Source of the DNA: Clostridia bacterium
GTDB taxonomy: Bacteria > Bacillota > Clostridia > Christensenellales > UBA1242
Reading direction: 5' to 3'
NCBI GenBank assembly: GCA_017452165.1
Contig: JAFTMY010000035.1
Coordinates: 1-49,273 of the forward strand
DNA length: 49,273 nt
Shown: piece by piece, positions 8,701 through 17,780 of the stretch
Layout of the letters: the number at the start of each line of letters is the position of its first letter
Numbering within the stretch: the first letter of the stretch is position 1
Notes under the pieces: model-generated
Told to the model about the DNA's origin: nothing
The model's database searches: none
Seen by the model: only the letters and a program-made list of their open reading frames with translations
Program-made: the position numbers and the translations under genes

Positions 8701-9108
8701 TGAAAAAGCATTTTTCTTAATTCTCTCTAATTTTTTAGGGAATTTAATTTCTTGAAGAGAAGTGCAGTCAGCAAATGTTTCTTCATAAATAGTGTCTAAC
8801 TTACTAGGAAGTTCAACATATTTAAGTCTTGAACAGCCTTCAAAAGCATTGTTACCAATATGCTCAACTTTTTTAGGAATTATAATTCGAGTTAAACTTG
8901 AGCAGTCTTTAAAAGCCTTATTACCAATAAATTCAAGTGATTTTGGTAATATAATTTCATTTACTTCTAACTCTTTACAAACACCAGGGTCAATTTCGAT
9001 AACACCTTCAGGAATATGAAGTATTGAAAAAATATTTCCATCACTGGTGTAATATTGTTCTAAGTCGTTAGGGTAAACTTCTTCAAGAACTCCTTGATTT
9101 ATTTTCAT
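5758..9108 (-). CDS. P3: LRR + conserved family C-terminal domain protein (1116 aa)
   Basis: Complete ORF with an AAGGAGA RBS. It has the N-cap MKINQGVLEEV, ~640 aa of LRRs, the linker FRKVDDGFSLLS and the full C-domain motif set (CYNEFERVQKTNTNNHGSQRQLKPT; ILGKLCSCCAHLEGVGEGIMHASITHP; AKSTLYINPDEGYGVFNNVEI). Confidence 0.92.
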   Translation of the reverse strand: MKINQGVLEEVYPNDLEQYYTSDGNIFSILHIPEGVIEIDPGVCKELEVNEIILPKSLEFIGNKAFKDCSSLTRIIIPKKVEHIGNNAFEGCSRLKYVELPSKLDTIYEETFADCTSLQEIKFPKKLERIKKNAFSNCKKLESIDLPSGILSIGTNSFAECSNLKSINIPSSMIYMGEGAFNSCKSLQSLNLPDNIEEIPSHLCENCSSLTEVHLPKNATMIGQRAFSSCSKLKNISIPENVTNIKHFAFSGCKELESVSLPNNPDLAIGGSVFSDCENLKYINLPEGIPFINVEMFKNCKSLTHIEIPSSVTSIISNGFNGSGIKYIKLPENLKSIGENAFASCKELEEIIIPENVKTIEKNTFNDCKKLRKIELPKNLTEIKDNAFSNCNSLININIPEGTKTLGHSAFSNCFALKYVDIPDSVEKIGDSCFFCDDKIEKVKLPKNLTEISDQAFANCYNLKSIEIPDTVKRLGTYAFYCCAHLEDIKLPNGIERINDYAFQHCVNLKSIEIPDSVKFIEESAFTGCKKLTDIKFSKNLQEIKVSAFANCTSLKSITLPDSLITIGTDAFYNCEKLVEVNFNEGLKYINASAFQFCPSLKKVKLPKSIKKVKDAFSGCSSLEEIFVPDSIELFDNSINKNLLYFRKVDDGFSLLSKETKDSIPLETLNINPAFLSKNWNYKDILIREQKNESISKFYNSFLRELPQKDIEKFLTSHNFTFFKQFNLDPENPPAENTAFYKFLYNMGGLEKPIIDKNGKTVDYAQKLCGFLLQKFNQGHLNITDIYYMTEKMQNNGFKKDFSDFFMKNYDELMLEDISNPGFFARCYNEFERVQKTNTNNHGSQRQLKPTIQKFKDYFAENKFLGITDENKHISDTISPYFSDQMTFDYAVKIDDERREKNSPSSILGFHLKEKNNPFENIDEYSEEIENLRVETLENLVDTATEQFNFEWLEKNDPKNYILGKLCSCCAHLEGVGEGIMHASITHPNVQNLVVKYGNEIIAKSTLYINPDEGYGVFNNVEINDSVNPVYFEEIYEKYILGINRFAEEYNKQHPNKPLKKISVGMNLNDLTDEIIKYHEPTEPLLEAIDYGKFTQSGEGYQGDSDEEQYTLWEKE

Positions 9109-9132
9109 AGTTTCTCCTTAATTGTTTATAGT

Positions 9133-11886
9133 TTATTTTTCAAAAGGATTTTCATTTTGAGTAGTGTTTTGATCTTTGCTAATATCCCAAAGTTTATATT
9201 GATGTCTTGCACTATCTCCAATGTGACCATCTCCACTTAGGTTAAATTTGCTATAATTTATAGCAGGGTAAAGAATAAAACTTTCATCATGGTGTTTTTG
9301 GATTTCTTCGGATAAGTCATTTAAGTGCATTCCAACAGTTAATATTTTGAGTGTTTTTTCAGGATTTTCTAAATTATATTGTTTAGCAAAATTATGAACA
9401 CCTAAGATGTATTTTTCATATATAGCAGGGTGTTGTGATTTTGGTGTATTTTCATAAATTTCAACATTATTAAAAACACCATAGCCATCATCAGGGTTGA
9501 TAAATAGTGTAGACTTAGCGATTATCTCACCATTATTATTTCTAATTACTAAATTTTGGATATTTGGGTGGATAATGCTTGCTCTCATAATACCTTGGCC
9601 ATTGCCTTCAATATGAGCACAGCAAGAGCAAAGTTTTCCTAATATATAATTTTCAGGGTCATTTTTTGCAAGCCAATCGTAAGTAAATTCATCTTTTGCA
9701 GATGATGACAAGTTCTTGGCAACTTCTATTTGACTATTTTCAATCATTTCACCAAGTTTATCAATTTTATCAAAGGGTTGTTCTTTTAAATGAAAACTTA
9801 AAATATGCGAAGGTGAGTTGCTATTTATTCTTTCTTCATTAATTTTTGTGGCTTTATCAAAAGTTTCTTGTGATGAGAAATATGGAGAGATTGCGTCAGC
9901 AATATCCCTTGTTTCTTCAGTTATATTAGAAAATTTGTTTTCATTAAAATATTCCACAAACTTTTTAAAAGTAGGTTTAAGTTGTCTTTGAGAGCCATGA
10001 TTGTTAGTGTTTGTTTTTTGAACTAAATTAAACTCATTATAACATCTTGAGAAAAATCCTGGTTTATAATATTCTTGCTCATGAATTTCATCAAAATATT
10101 TCATAAAATAGTCTGTAAATTCTTGATTAAATCCATTAACTTCCATATTTTCGCCAAAGTTTCCAAGTTCGGTAATATCTTCAAAATAACCTTGTTCAGT
10201 TTTTTGATTTAAAAACATACAAACTTTTTGTGCATAATTTATTGTTTTTCCGTTTTTATCAATAGTAGGAGGATTAAATGCACCTAAATTATAAAGTATT
10301 TTATAAAAATTTGAATCACGAGTTCTAATAACAGAATCATCATAATTAAATTGTTTAAAAAATGTAAAATTATGATTATCCATAAATTCTTGTGCTTTTT
10401 CTATATCTATTTTTGATAAGAACAAGTTATAAAATTCAGCGATTTTTTTATTATTTTGTTCTCTAAATAACTATTCTTTTCTATCCCAGTTACGAGATAA
10501 AAATGGAATATTAATTTTGATATAATCAGCAGGTAAAGAGTCAGATGTTCTTTCTTCAAGCATAGAAAAACCATCTTCATCTTTTCTAAAAAATTTTAAT
10601 TCTCCAATACCAAATTTAGGGAAAAATCCTACTAATTTATCATAAAATTTAATTGATTTAAGTGAGTCGCATTTATCAAATACTTGACTTCCAAGAGTGG
10701 ATAAAGCCTTTGGCATTACAATATTTTTTAACGACTCACAACCTTTAAAGCATTGCTCATTAATTGCAGTTATATTATCGGAGAGTTTAATATTTTCAAG
10801 AGCAGAACAATTAGAAAATGCTTGACCATAAATTTCTGTTACGCTATCAGGAATAGTGATAGATTTTAAACTTTTACAATTTGAAAAGGTAATAGGTCTA
10901 ATTTTTGTAATATTATTAGATAATTTAACATCTTCTAAGGCGTAGCAACAATTAAAAACAGATTCTCCAAGACTTGTAACAGTATCAGGTATTTCAATAC
11001 TTTTAAGTGATGTGCAAGCCCAAATTGCATCGTTTTCAATGGTTGTAAGATTTTTTGAAAGTTTAAGGTTAGTAAGTTTTTCGCATTTTCCAATAGATTC
11101 TTTTCCTAAATTTTTTACAGAGTCTGGAATAACTAAAGTATTAAGGGATCTGCACTCACAAAATGCTCCGTCAGGAATAATTTCTAATTTATTAGATAAT
11201 TTTATAAAGTCAAGTTTATGACAACTGTGAAAGCAGTTTTGACCAATTTTTTCAACACTATCAGGCATATTTACAGTTTTTAAGTTGTTACAACCATGAA
11301 AAACACTATCATCAATATATTTTAGTCCATTAGGTAAATTAATTTCTTCTAAATTTTTACAAGAAGAGAACGCATTATTTTTTATTTCTATTAAATTTTC
11401 TGGCATTGTTATAGACCTAAGTTGTCTACAAGAAGAAAACGCATTGCTACCAATTATTTTTACACTATTAGGAATTGTGAAGGTTTCAAGTGAACTACAA
11501 TCATAAAATGTATTTGATTCAATGCTAGTAATGCCATTAGGAAGATTAATACTTTTTAATGAAATACAATTCATAAATAAACTTTCATTTAAAATTTTAA
11601 CTGAGTCAGGAATAGTTATTTCAGTAAGTCTTCTACAACTGCAAAAAGCACCTTTTCCAATTTCATTGACAGAATTTGGAATATTAACTTCTTTTAACTC
11701 CGTGCAGTTCATAAAAGCATTTTCTCCGATAGATTTTAAAGTGCTCGGAAAAATAACTTTCTCGAGATTATCAAGTCTACGAAAAGCATAATCGTTAATT
11801 TTTATTATACCTTCAGGAATAGTAAAAGTTCCGTTTACTATATCTTCAGGAGATACACTAACTAATATTCCGTTTTCTATTTTCAT
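9133..11886 (-). pseudogene. P4: family member interrupted by one in-frame TAG (the ORF track shows it as 471-aa LRR and 430-aa C-domain pieces)
   Basis: ORFs 10471..11886 and 9133..10425 are in the same frame (both upper coordinates are 0 mod 3). Translation across the junction reads LSRNWDRKE-TAG-LFREQNNKKIAEFYNLFLSKIDIEK. This is collinear with the intact paralogs (e.g. LSKNWNYKDILIREQKNESISKFYNSF). The TAG lies at 10471-10473. The 'M' of the downstream ORF is a TTG Leu codon with no RBS. Confidence 0.8.
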
Positions 11887-11915
11887 AGTTACTCCTTTAA
11901 TTTTTTAGTAGAAAA

Positions 11916-14324
11916 TTATCTTTCTAATTCAACTTCCTTAGTTTCTTTCTTCTTTTTTGTTTCTTCATTTTTCCAAAGGATATATTGAGATTTGCTGCTA
12001 TCTCCAGGGTGTCCAAAGCCTTCTAAATCATAGGTAGAAAAGTCAATAGAATCATAAAGTTCTTTAGATTTTTTGTGGTGTCTTACAATTTCAGGTTCTA
12101 AGTCGTTTAAGTGCATACCAACTGTTATGACATTAATTGGTTTGTCAGGGTGCTGTTTATTGTAATGATTTACAAAATCCTTTATACCTAAGATGTATTT
12201 TTCATAAATATCAGATTTTAAGTCATTATAGAAATTAGATACTTCAACATTATTAAATACGCCATAGCCTTTTTCAGGGTTGATAAATAGGGTGGACTTA
12301 GTAATGATGAAATTATTTTTATCTCTAATAACAAGATTTTGAATATTAGGGTGAATAATACTTGCCCTCATTATACCTTGACCATGACCTTCAATGTGTG
12401 CACAGCAATTACAAAGTTTACCTAGTATAAAGTTCTTAGGGTCATTTTTTTCAAGCCACTCGTATGAAAACTCATTAATCGCAGCGCTAGTAAGGTTATG
12501 AGCAGTTGTTGTTTGTTCGTTTTTAATAGCATCACTAAATTCATCAATTTGAGCAAATGGATTTTCTTCTTTTAAATGAAAGCCTAAAATGTTATTAGGA
12601 ATATTTTTTTCTTTTCTTTCTTTATCAATTTTAACTGCAATATTAAAAGATTTTTGTTCTGAGAAGTATGGTGAAATTGTATCAGCAATTTCCTTAGTTT
12701 CTTCATTAATTCCTTTAAATTTATTTTCTGCAAAATAATCAACAAATTTTTTAAAAGTTGCTTTAAGTTGTCTTTGAGAACCATGATTATTAGTGTTTGT
12801 TTTTTGGACTTCTTCAAATTCGTTGTAGCATTTTGCAATAAAGTTTGGATTTGTTTTTTCATACGCAATGATTTCATCAAAGTATTTCATAAAAAATTCA
12901 GAAAATTCTTTTTTATAGCCAGTTAATTTCATTTTTCTAGCACAATCACCAAAGGAAAAATCATCAAAAACTCTTTGTTTTATTTTTGTATCAAGAAAAT
13001 TATAAACTTTTTGAGCGTGATTTATAGGTTTTCCGTTTTCATCAATTTCAGGGCTATCCATTGTGCCTAAGTTGTATAAGAATTTAAAAGAATTTGCAAT
13101 TTCAGAATAAACTGCATTAGGATTAATATTTAACTTTTTAATAAAAGTAAAATTATGTGAATCCATAAACTCTCTAAAGTGTTCAGGTTTAAATCTCCAA
13201 AGCAAACTATTGTAAACTAAAGCCACGTTTTCATTTTTCTGTTCATTTAAAATAATATCTTTTTTATCCCAGTATTTTGCTAAAGTTCCAACGTTAATAT
13301 TTAATTTTTCAGTAGGTAAAAATTCAGTTCCTTGCTCAGTTGAGAGGGTAAAGAATCCATCTTCCTTGTTTAAGTAAGGAAGAGGATTGTATAAATAATG
13401 TTGGTCTAAGTGTTTGAGTTCATCATAAAATTTAATACATTTTAGTCCACTACAATCTAAAAATGCACCATTTTCTACATTTTTAAGTGATTTAGGTAAC
13501 GATATATTTTTTAAAGAATTACAACTTTCAAAACATCTAGAGCCGATGTATGTTAGATTTTTTGAAAAATCAATAGATTCAAGTGAAGAGCAATTACTAA
13601 ATGCATTGGGCCCAAGAATTTTAATAGAATCAGGTAATGTAATGTGTTTTAAATTCACACATTGTGAAAATAAACCATAAGGAATATCTTCAAGACTATT
13701 AGATAATTTTGCTTCACTAAGTCTTGTGCAACTACAAAAAGCACCATTATCAATATATGTTACAGAATCAGGAATTTCAATTTGTTCAAGCGAGTCGCAA
13801 TATAAAAATGCGTTACCACCAATACTTTCTAAGCCATTATTAAGTTTAATGCTTTTTAAATTATTACAACTAACAAATGCTTCTTCTTCAATTTTTGTTA
13901 CTGTGTCAGGAAGTTCAATTTCAAGTAATGATTCACATTCGTTAAAAGTTCTAGCGCTTATAGTTCTAAGTTCATTAGGAAGTTTTATAGTTTCAAGTCT
14001 TTTACAACCTTGAAAACACTCATCACCAATAATCTTTACACTATCAGGAATTTTAACATTTGTTAAATTATAACAATTAGCAAATGCACCATTTTCTATA
14101 AGATTAATTCCCTCAGAAAATTCAACAGAGAGCAATTTTTTGCAATCCAAAAAAGCATTTTCACCAATAACTTCAAGAGAACTTGGTAAAATGACGTGTC
14201 TAAGATTTTTTAAATTATAAAAAGCATTAGCGCTAATTTCAGTTACGCCTTCTGGAACGATAAATGTTCCTCTTTGTATATCTTCTGGGTCTATGTTAGA
14301 TAAAATTCCTTTTTCTATTATCAT
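11916..14324 (-). CDS. P5: LRR + conserved family C-terminal domain protein (802 aa; shortest LRR array)
   Basis: Complete ORF with an AAGGAAA RBS. It has the N-cap MIIEKGILSNIDPEDIQRGTFIVPEGV, ~320 aa of LRRs and the C-domain motifs CYNEFEEVQKTNTNNHGSQRQLKAT and ILGKLCNCCAHIEGHGQGIMRASIIHPNIQNLVIR. It is closest to P4. Confidence 0.92.
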   Translation of the reverse strand: MIIEKGILSNIDPEDIQRGTFIVPEGVTEISANAFYNLKNLRHVILPSSLEVIGENAFLDCKKLLSVEFSEGINLIENGAFANCYNLTNVKIPDSVKIIGDECFQGCKRLETIKLPNELRTISARTFNECESLLEIELPDTVTKIEEEAFVSCNNLKSIKLNNGLESIGGNAFLYCDSLEQIEIPDSVTYIDNGAFCSCTRLSEAKLSNSLEDIPYGLFSQCVNLKHITLPDSIKILGPNAFSNCSSLESIDFSKNLTYIGSRCFESCNSLKNISLPKSLKNVENGAFLDCSGLKCIKFYDELKHLDQHYLYNPLPYLNKEDGFFTLSTEQGTEFLPTEKLNINVGTLAKYWDKKDIILNEQKNENVALVYNSLLWRFKPEHFREFMDSHNFTFIKKLNINPNAVYSEIANSFKFLYNLGTMDSPEIDENGKPINHAQKVYNFLDTKIKQRVFDDFSFGDCARKMKLTGYKKEFSEFFMKYFDEIIAYEKTNPNFIAKCYNEFEEVQKTNTNNHGSQRQLKATFKKFVDYFAENKFKGINEETKEIADTISPYFSEQKSFNIAVKIDKERKEKNIPNNILGFHLKEENPFAQIDEFSDAIKNEQTTTAHNLTSAAINEFSYEWLEKNDPKNFILGKLCNCCAHIEGHGQGIMRASIIHPNIQNLVIRDKNNFIITKSTLFINPEKGYGVFNNVEVSNFYNDLKSDIYEKYILGIKDFVNHYNKQHPDKPINVITVGMHLNDLEPEIVRHHKKSKELYDSIDFSTYDLEGFGHPGDSSKSQYILWKNEETKKKKETKEVELER

Positions 14325-14395
14325 AATTTTTTCCTTAATTAAAATTATTTTTATTTACCTAAAAAAGTTATCTTTTTCTTGTTCTTTTTTTGATT

Positions 14396-17300
14396 CTAGT
14401 TCTTTAATATTTTATCATCTAGTTTCCAAACTGTTCTTTGATGTTCGCTGCTATCTCCACTATAACCTGTGCCATCGGTGTCAAATAAACCATAATCAAT
14501 TGCTTCAAGAAGAGGGAAAGTTTGTTCATGATTTTTAGCAAACATTAGTTTTATATCATTTAAGTTCATACCAACTGATATGATTTTAAGAGGATTATCT
14601 TTATGAAGTTCATTATATTTTTTAGCGAAAGCATCAATACCACTTAGATATTTTTTGTAAATCTCGTCAAGATGCTTATTATCAATAAAGTCATAAACTT
14701 CAACATTGTTAAATACGCCATATCCCTCTTTTTCATTAATATAGAGAGTAGATTTTGCTACAATTTCACCTTTTTTATTTCTAATTACAAGGTTTTGAAT
14801 TGATGGGTGAATAATACTTGCACGCATAATTCCATAACCTTGACCTTCAATATGTGAACAGCAAGAGCAAAGTTTTCCAAGTATTAAATTGTTAGGGTCA
14901 TTTTTTTCAAGCCAATCATAAGTAAATTCACTATTTGCGCTATCAATCATTTTTTGAATAATAGAAGTTTGAGTTTGGTTAATCTCTTTTGAAAGTTCAT
15001 CAATTTCTTCAAAAGGACTTTCTTCTTTTAAGTGAAATCCTAAAATATTATCAGGAACTTGTCCTTCTTCCTTTTCTTCTAAAATTTTAACAGCATTTTC
15101 AAAAGTTGCTTGTTTTTTGAAATAAGGAGACAATGTGCTAGCAATAGGTCTAGTTTTTTCAGTGATACCTAAAAATTTATTTTCTTTAAAATAGTCAACA
15201 AATTTTTGAACGGTAGGTTTAAGTTGTCTTTGACTACCACGATTATTAGTGTTTGTTTTTTGAACCTCATCAAATTCGTTATAGCATCTAGCAATAAATC
15301 CTTGTTGGAATATTTCTCTATTCATAAGTTCGTCAAAATTATTAATAAAAAATTCAGTAAATTCTTTATTAAAACCATTATTTTGCATTTTTGATGTAAA
15401 ACTTGAGATATCTCTAAGTGTTAAAGAATTTGATTTAAATTTTTTAAGTATAAATTCACAAACTTTTTGTGAGTAGTCAATCTTTTTTCCATTTTCATCG
15501 GTATATGGTTTCTTAAAACCACCGAGGTTGTATAAAAGTTTAAAAAGGTCAACATTTTCTGGTTTATTTTCTTCTAAATCAAATTGTTTTAAAAATGTAA
15601 AGTTATGAGATTCTAAAAACTCTTCGATTTTTTCTTGAGGGAGGTTTCTTAGGAAACTTTCATAAAATTGTGCATATTTTGGATTTGATTGCTCTTTTAA
15701 AATTACATCTTTATAATTCCAGTTTTTAGATAAAAATGCTGGGTTTATGTTTAAGTTTTCAAGAGGAAGAGAACCAATTTCTTGCTTAGATAAAAGCGAA
15801 AAACCATCTTTTTCTTTTTTGAAAAATAGTAAATTTTCATTTTGGTTTTTTGAAAGATATTTTATAGTTTTTGGAACAAAAATTGATTCAAGTTTTTCAC
15901 AACCACTAAAAGCATTGTAACCAACTTCTTCAATAGATTCAGGAAGAGTAATTTCCTTTAAAGATTTGCAACCATAAAAGACTTCATTTCCAATTCGTTT
16001 TAAATTTTTAGGAAGTTTAATTTCTTCAAGTGATGCACAGTGCATAAAAGCATTTGTATTAATAGAAGTTATGCTATCAGGAAGATGAATAGATTTTAAG
16101 TTAGGGCAGTTTTCAAAAGTTCCTTCATGTATAATTTCTAAGTTATCAGAAAGTTTTACATTTTCAAGACCTTCGCAACTATAAAAGGCATAAGGACCTA
16201 AATGATTTAAACTATTAGGAAGAGTAATAGATTTTAATTTATTACATTCTTGAAATGCATATTCATCAACAAACTCAAGATTTTTTGGGAGTGTTAAATT
16301 TTCTAAATTTTTACAGTAATAAAATGCATAAAGTCCAATTTTTTGAATATCATCAGGAAGATTTATAGATTTTAAATTATAGCAAGAACTAAATGCTTGA
16401 GTTGGGATTTCTTTTAAATTATTAGATAGTTTTACTGTTTCAAGAGACTCGTTATTGGCAAAACAATTTTCCCCAATAGAGTTTACACTATCAGGTAACT
16501 CAATATTTTTAAGTGCATAACAACTTAAAAATGCTGATGATGCAATTCTTTTAACACCATTAGGGATTTCAATTTTTTCAAGTTTTTCACAATCAGAAAA
16601 AGCACTTGATTCAATACTTACTAAATTTTTTGGGAGTTTTACAGAGTGAAGGTTGATACAATTATTAAAAGTATTTCTAGAAAGAATTTCTACACCATCA
16701 GGAATTTCTATTTCTTCTAAATATTTACAATTATAAAAAGCAGACGCATCAAGTCTTATTAAACTTTTTGGAAGTTTAATTTTACTAATACCTGAACCAT
16801 TAAAAGCACTACTTAAAATTGATGTTACAGATTCAGGAATTTCAATTTCCTTAAGCGAAGTGCAGTTTTGGAAGGTTGACATATTAATATATTGAAGACC
16901 ATTAGGTAGAGTAACTCTTTTTAAATTTTTACAATCATTAAAAAGATTGCTTGCAAGTGAAATTTTTGGATTGTCAGGGAATTTTATTTCTTCAAGAGAA
17001 CTGCAACCTGAAAAAGCATCGTGATGAATAGTTGTAAGTGTATTAGGAATATCAATGTATTTTAAACTTAAACAATTACTAAAAGCGTTTGAACCAATTT
17101 CAATAGTTTTTGGTGCTAAAGTAACTTTTTTAAGAGAAGTGCAACCGTCAAAAGTGTTAGGATAGATAACATTTGCTTCCTTAGGCATTGTAATTTCTTT
17201 TAAACTTTCACAACCTGCAAAAGATGATTCTCCAAGAGCAATGATACTATCAGGCAATTCAATATTTTGCAAACTTTTACAATTTCTAAAAGCATTATCT

Positions 17301-17755
17301 TCAATACCTGTTAAATATTTTGGTAAAATTACATTTTCAAGAGATGTGCAGTTATAAAAAAGATTTTTTCTAATTTTATATAAAATTTCAGGAAGACGAA
17401 CAGTTTTTAAAGAAGAGCAACCACTAAACGCACCTGAGAAAAGGGAAGTAACAGAATTTGGAATAAAAATTTGGTTAAGACTTGAACAATTTAAAAAGGC
17501 TCTTGAGTTAATTGTGTCAACGCTAGCAGGAATATTAATACTTTTTAAACTTTCGCAATCAGAAAATGCATCAGTTCCAATTTCTGTAACTGTATTAGGT
17601 AAAACAACTTCTTCAAGATTTGCAACACCCATAAATGCATCATCATCAATTTTTGTTACGCCATTAGGCACAACAAAAACACCATTATATGGTATATCTT
17701 CACAGTATACATCTGATAATAAAACTCTGCCATCATCTAAATGTTTGTATTCCAT
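14396..17755 (-). CDS. P6: LRR + conserved family C-terminal domain protein (1119 aa)
   Basis: Complete ORF with a GAGGTAA RBS. It has ~640 aa of LRRs that are collinear with P3. C-domain motifs are CYNEFDEVQKTNTNNRGSQRQLKPT and ILGKLCSCCSHIEGQGYGIMRASIIHP. Confidence 0.92.
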   Translation of the reverse strand: MEYKHLDDGRVLLSDVYCEDIPYNGVFVVPNGVTKIDDDAFMGVANLEEVVLPNTVTEIGTDAFSDCESLKSINIPASVDTINSRAFLNCSSLNQIFIPNSVTSLFSGAFSGCSSLKTVRLPEILYKIRKNLFYNCTSLENVILPKYLTGIEDNAFRNCKSLQNIELPDSIIALGESSFAGCESLKEITMPKEANVIYPNTFDGCTSLKKVTLAPKTIEIGSNAFSNCLSLKYIDIPNTLTTIHHDAFSGCSSLEEIKFPDNPKISLASNLFNDCKNLKRVTLPNGLQYINMSTFQNCTSLKEIEIPESVTSILSSAFNGSGISKIKLPKSLIRLDASAFYNCKYLEEIEIPDGVEILSRNTFNNCINLHSVKLPKNLVSIESSAFSDCEKLEKIEIPNGVKRIASSAFLSCYALKNIELPDSVNSIGENCFANNESLETVKLSNNLKEIPTQAFSSCYNLKSINLPDDIQKIGLYAFYYCKNLENLTLPKNLEFVDEYAFQECNKLKSITLPNSLNHLGPYAFYSCEGLENVKLSDNLEIIHEGTFENCPNLKSIHLPDSITSINTNAFMHCASLEEIKLPKNLKRIGNEVFYGCKSLKEITLPESIEEVGYNAFSGCEKLESIFVPKTIKYLSKNQNENLLFFKKEKDGFSLLSKQEIGSLPLENLNINPAFLSKNWNYKDVILKEQSNPKYAQFYESFLRNLPQEKIEEFLESHNFTFLKQFDLEENKPENVDLFKLLYNLGGFKKPYTDENGKKIDYSQKVCEFILKKFKSNSLTLRDISSFTSKMQNNGFNKEFTEFFINNFDELMNREIFQQGFIARCYNEFDEVQKTNTNNRGSQRQLKPTVQKFVDYFKENKFLGITEKTRPIASTLSPYFKKQATFENAVKILEEKEEGQVPDNILGFHLKEESPFEEIDELSKEINQTQTSIIQKMIDSANSEFTYDWLEKNDPNNLILGKLCSCCSHIEGQGYGIMRASIIHPSIQNLVIRNKKGEIVAKSTLYINEKEGYGVFNNVEVYDFIDNKHLDEIYKKYLSGIDAFAKKYNELHKDNPLKIISVGMNLNDIKLMFAKNHEQTFPLLEAIDYGLFDTDGTGYSGDSSEHQRTVWKLDDKILKN

Positions 17756-17780
17756 TAGTTACCTCGCATAAATGTTATAT

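Noticed and set aside
7200-9000. A regular ~69-nt periodic repeat structure that could be mistaken for a CRISPR array or tandem satellite.
   Set aside because: The period equals one 23-aa LRR unit in an open reading frame. The units are degenerate at the DNA level and there is no repeat-spacer alternation. No cas genes are present.
10471-10473. The in-frame TAG in P4 as programmed recoding (e.g. pyrrolysine or dedicated suppression).
   Set aside because: The window holds no pyl genes and no recoding signal that I could see. The single occurrence sits at a non-conserved linker position. Nonsense mutation is the parsimonious reading, although read-through cannot be excluded from sequence alone.
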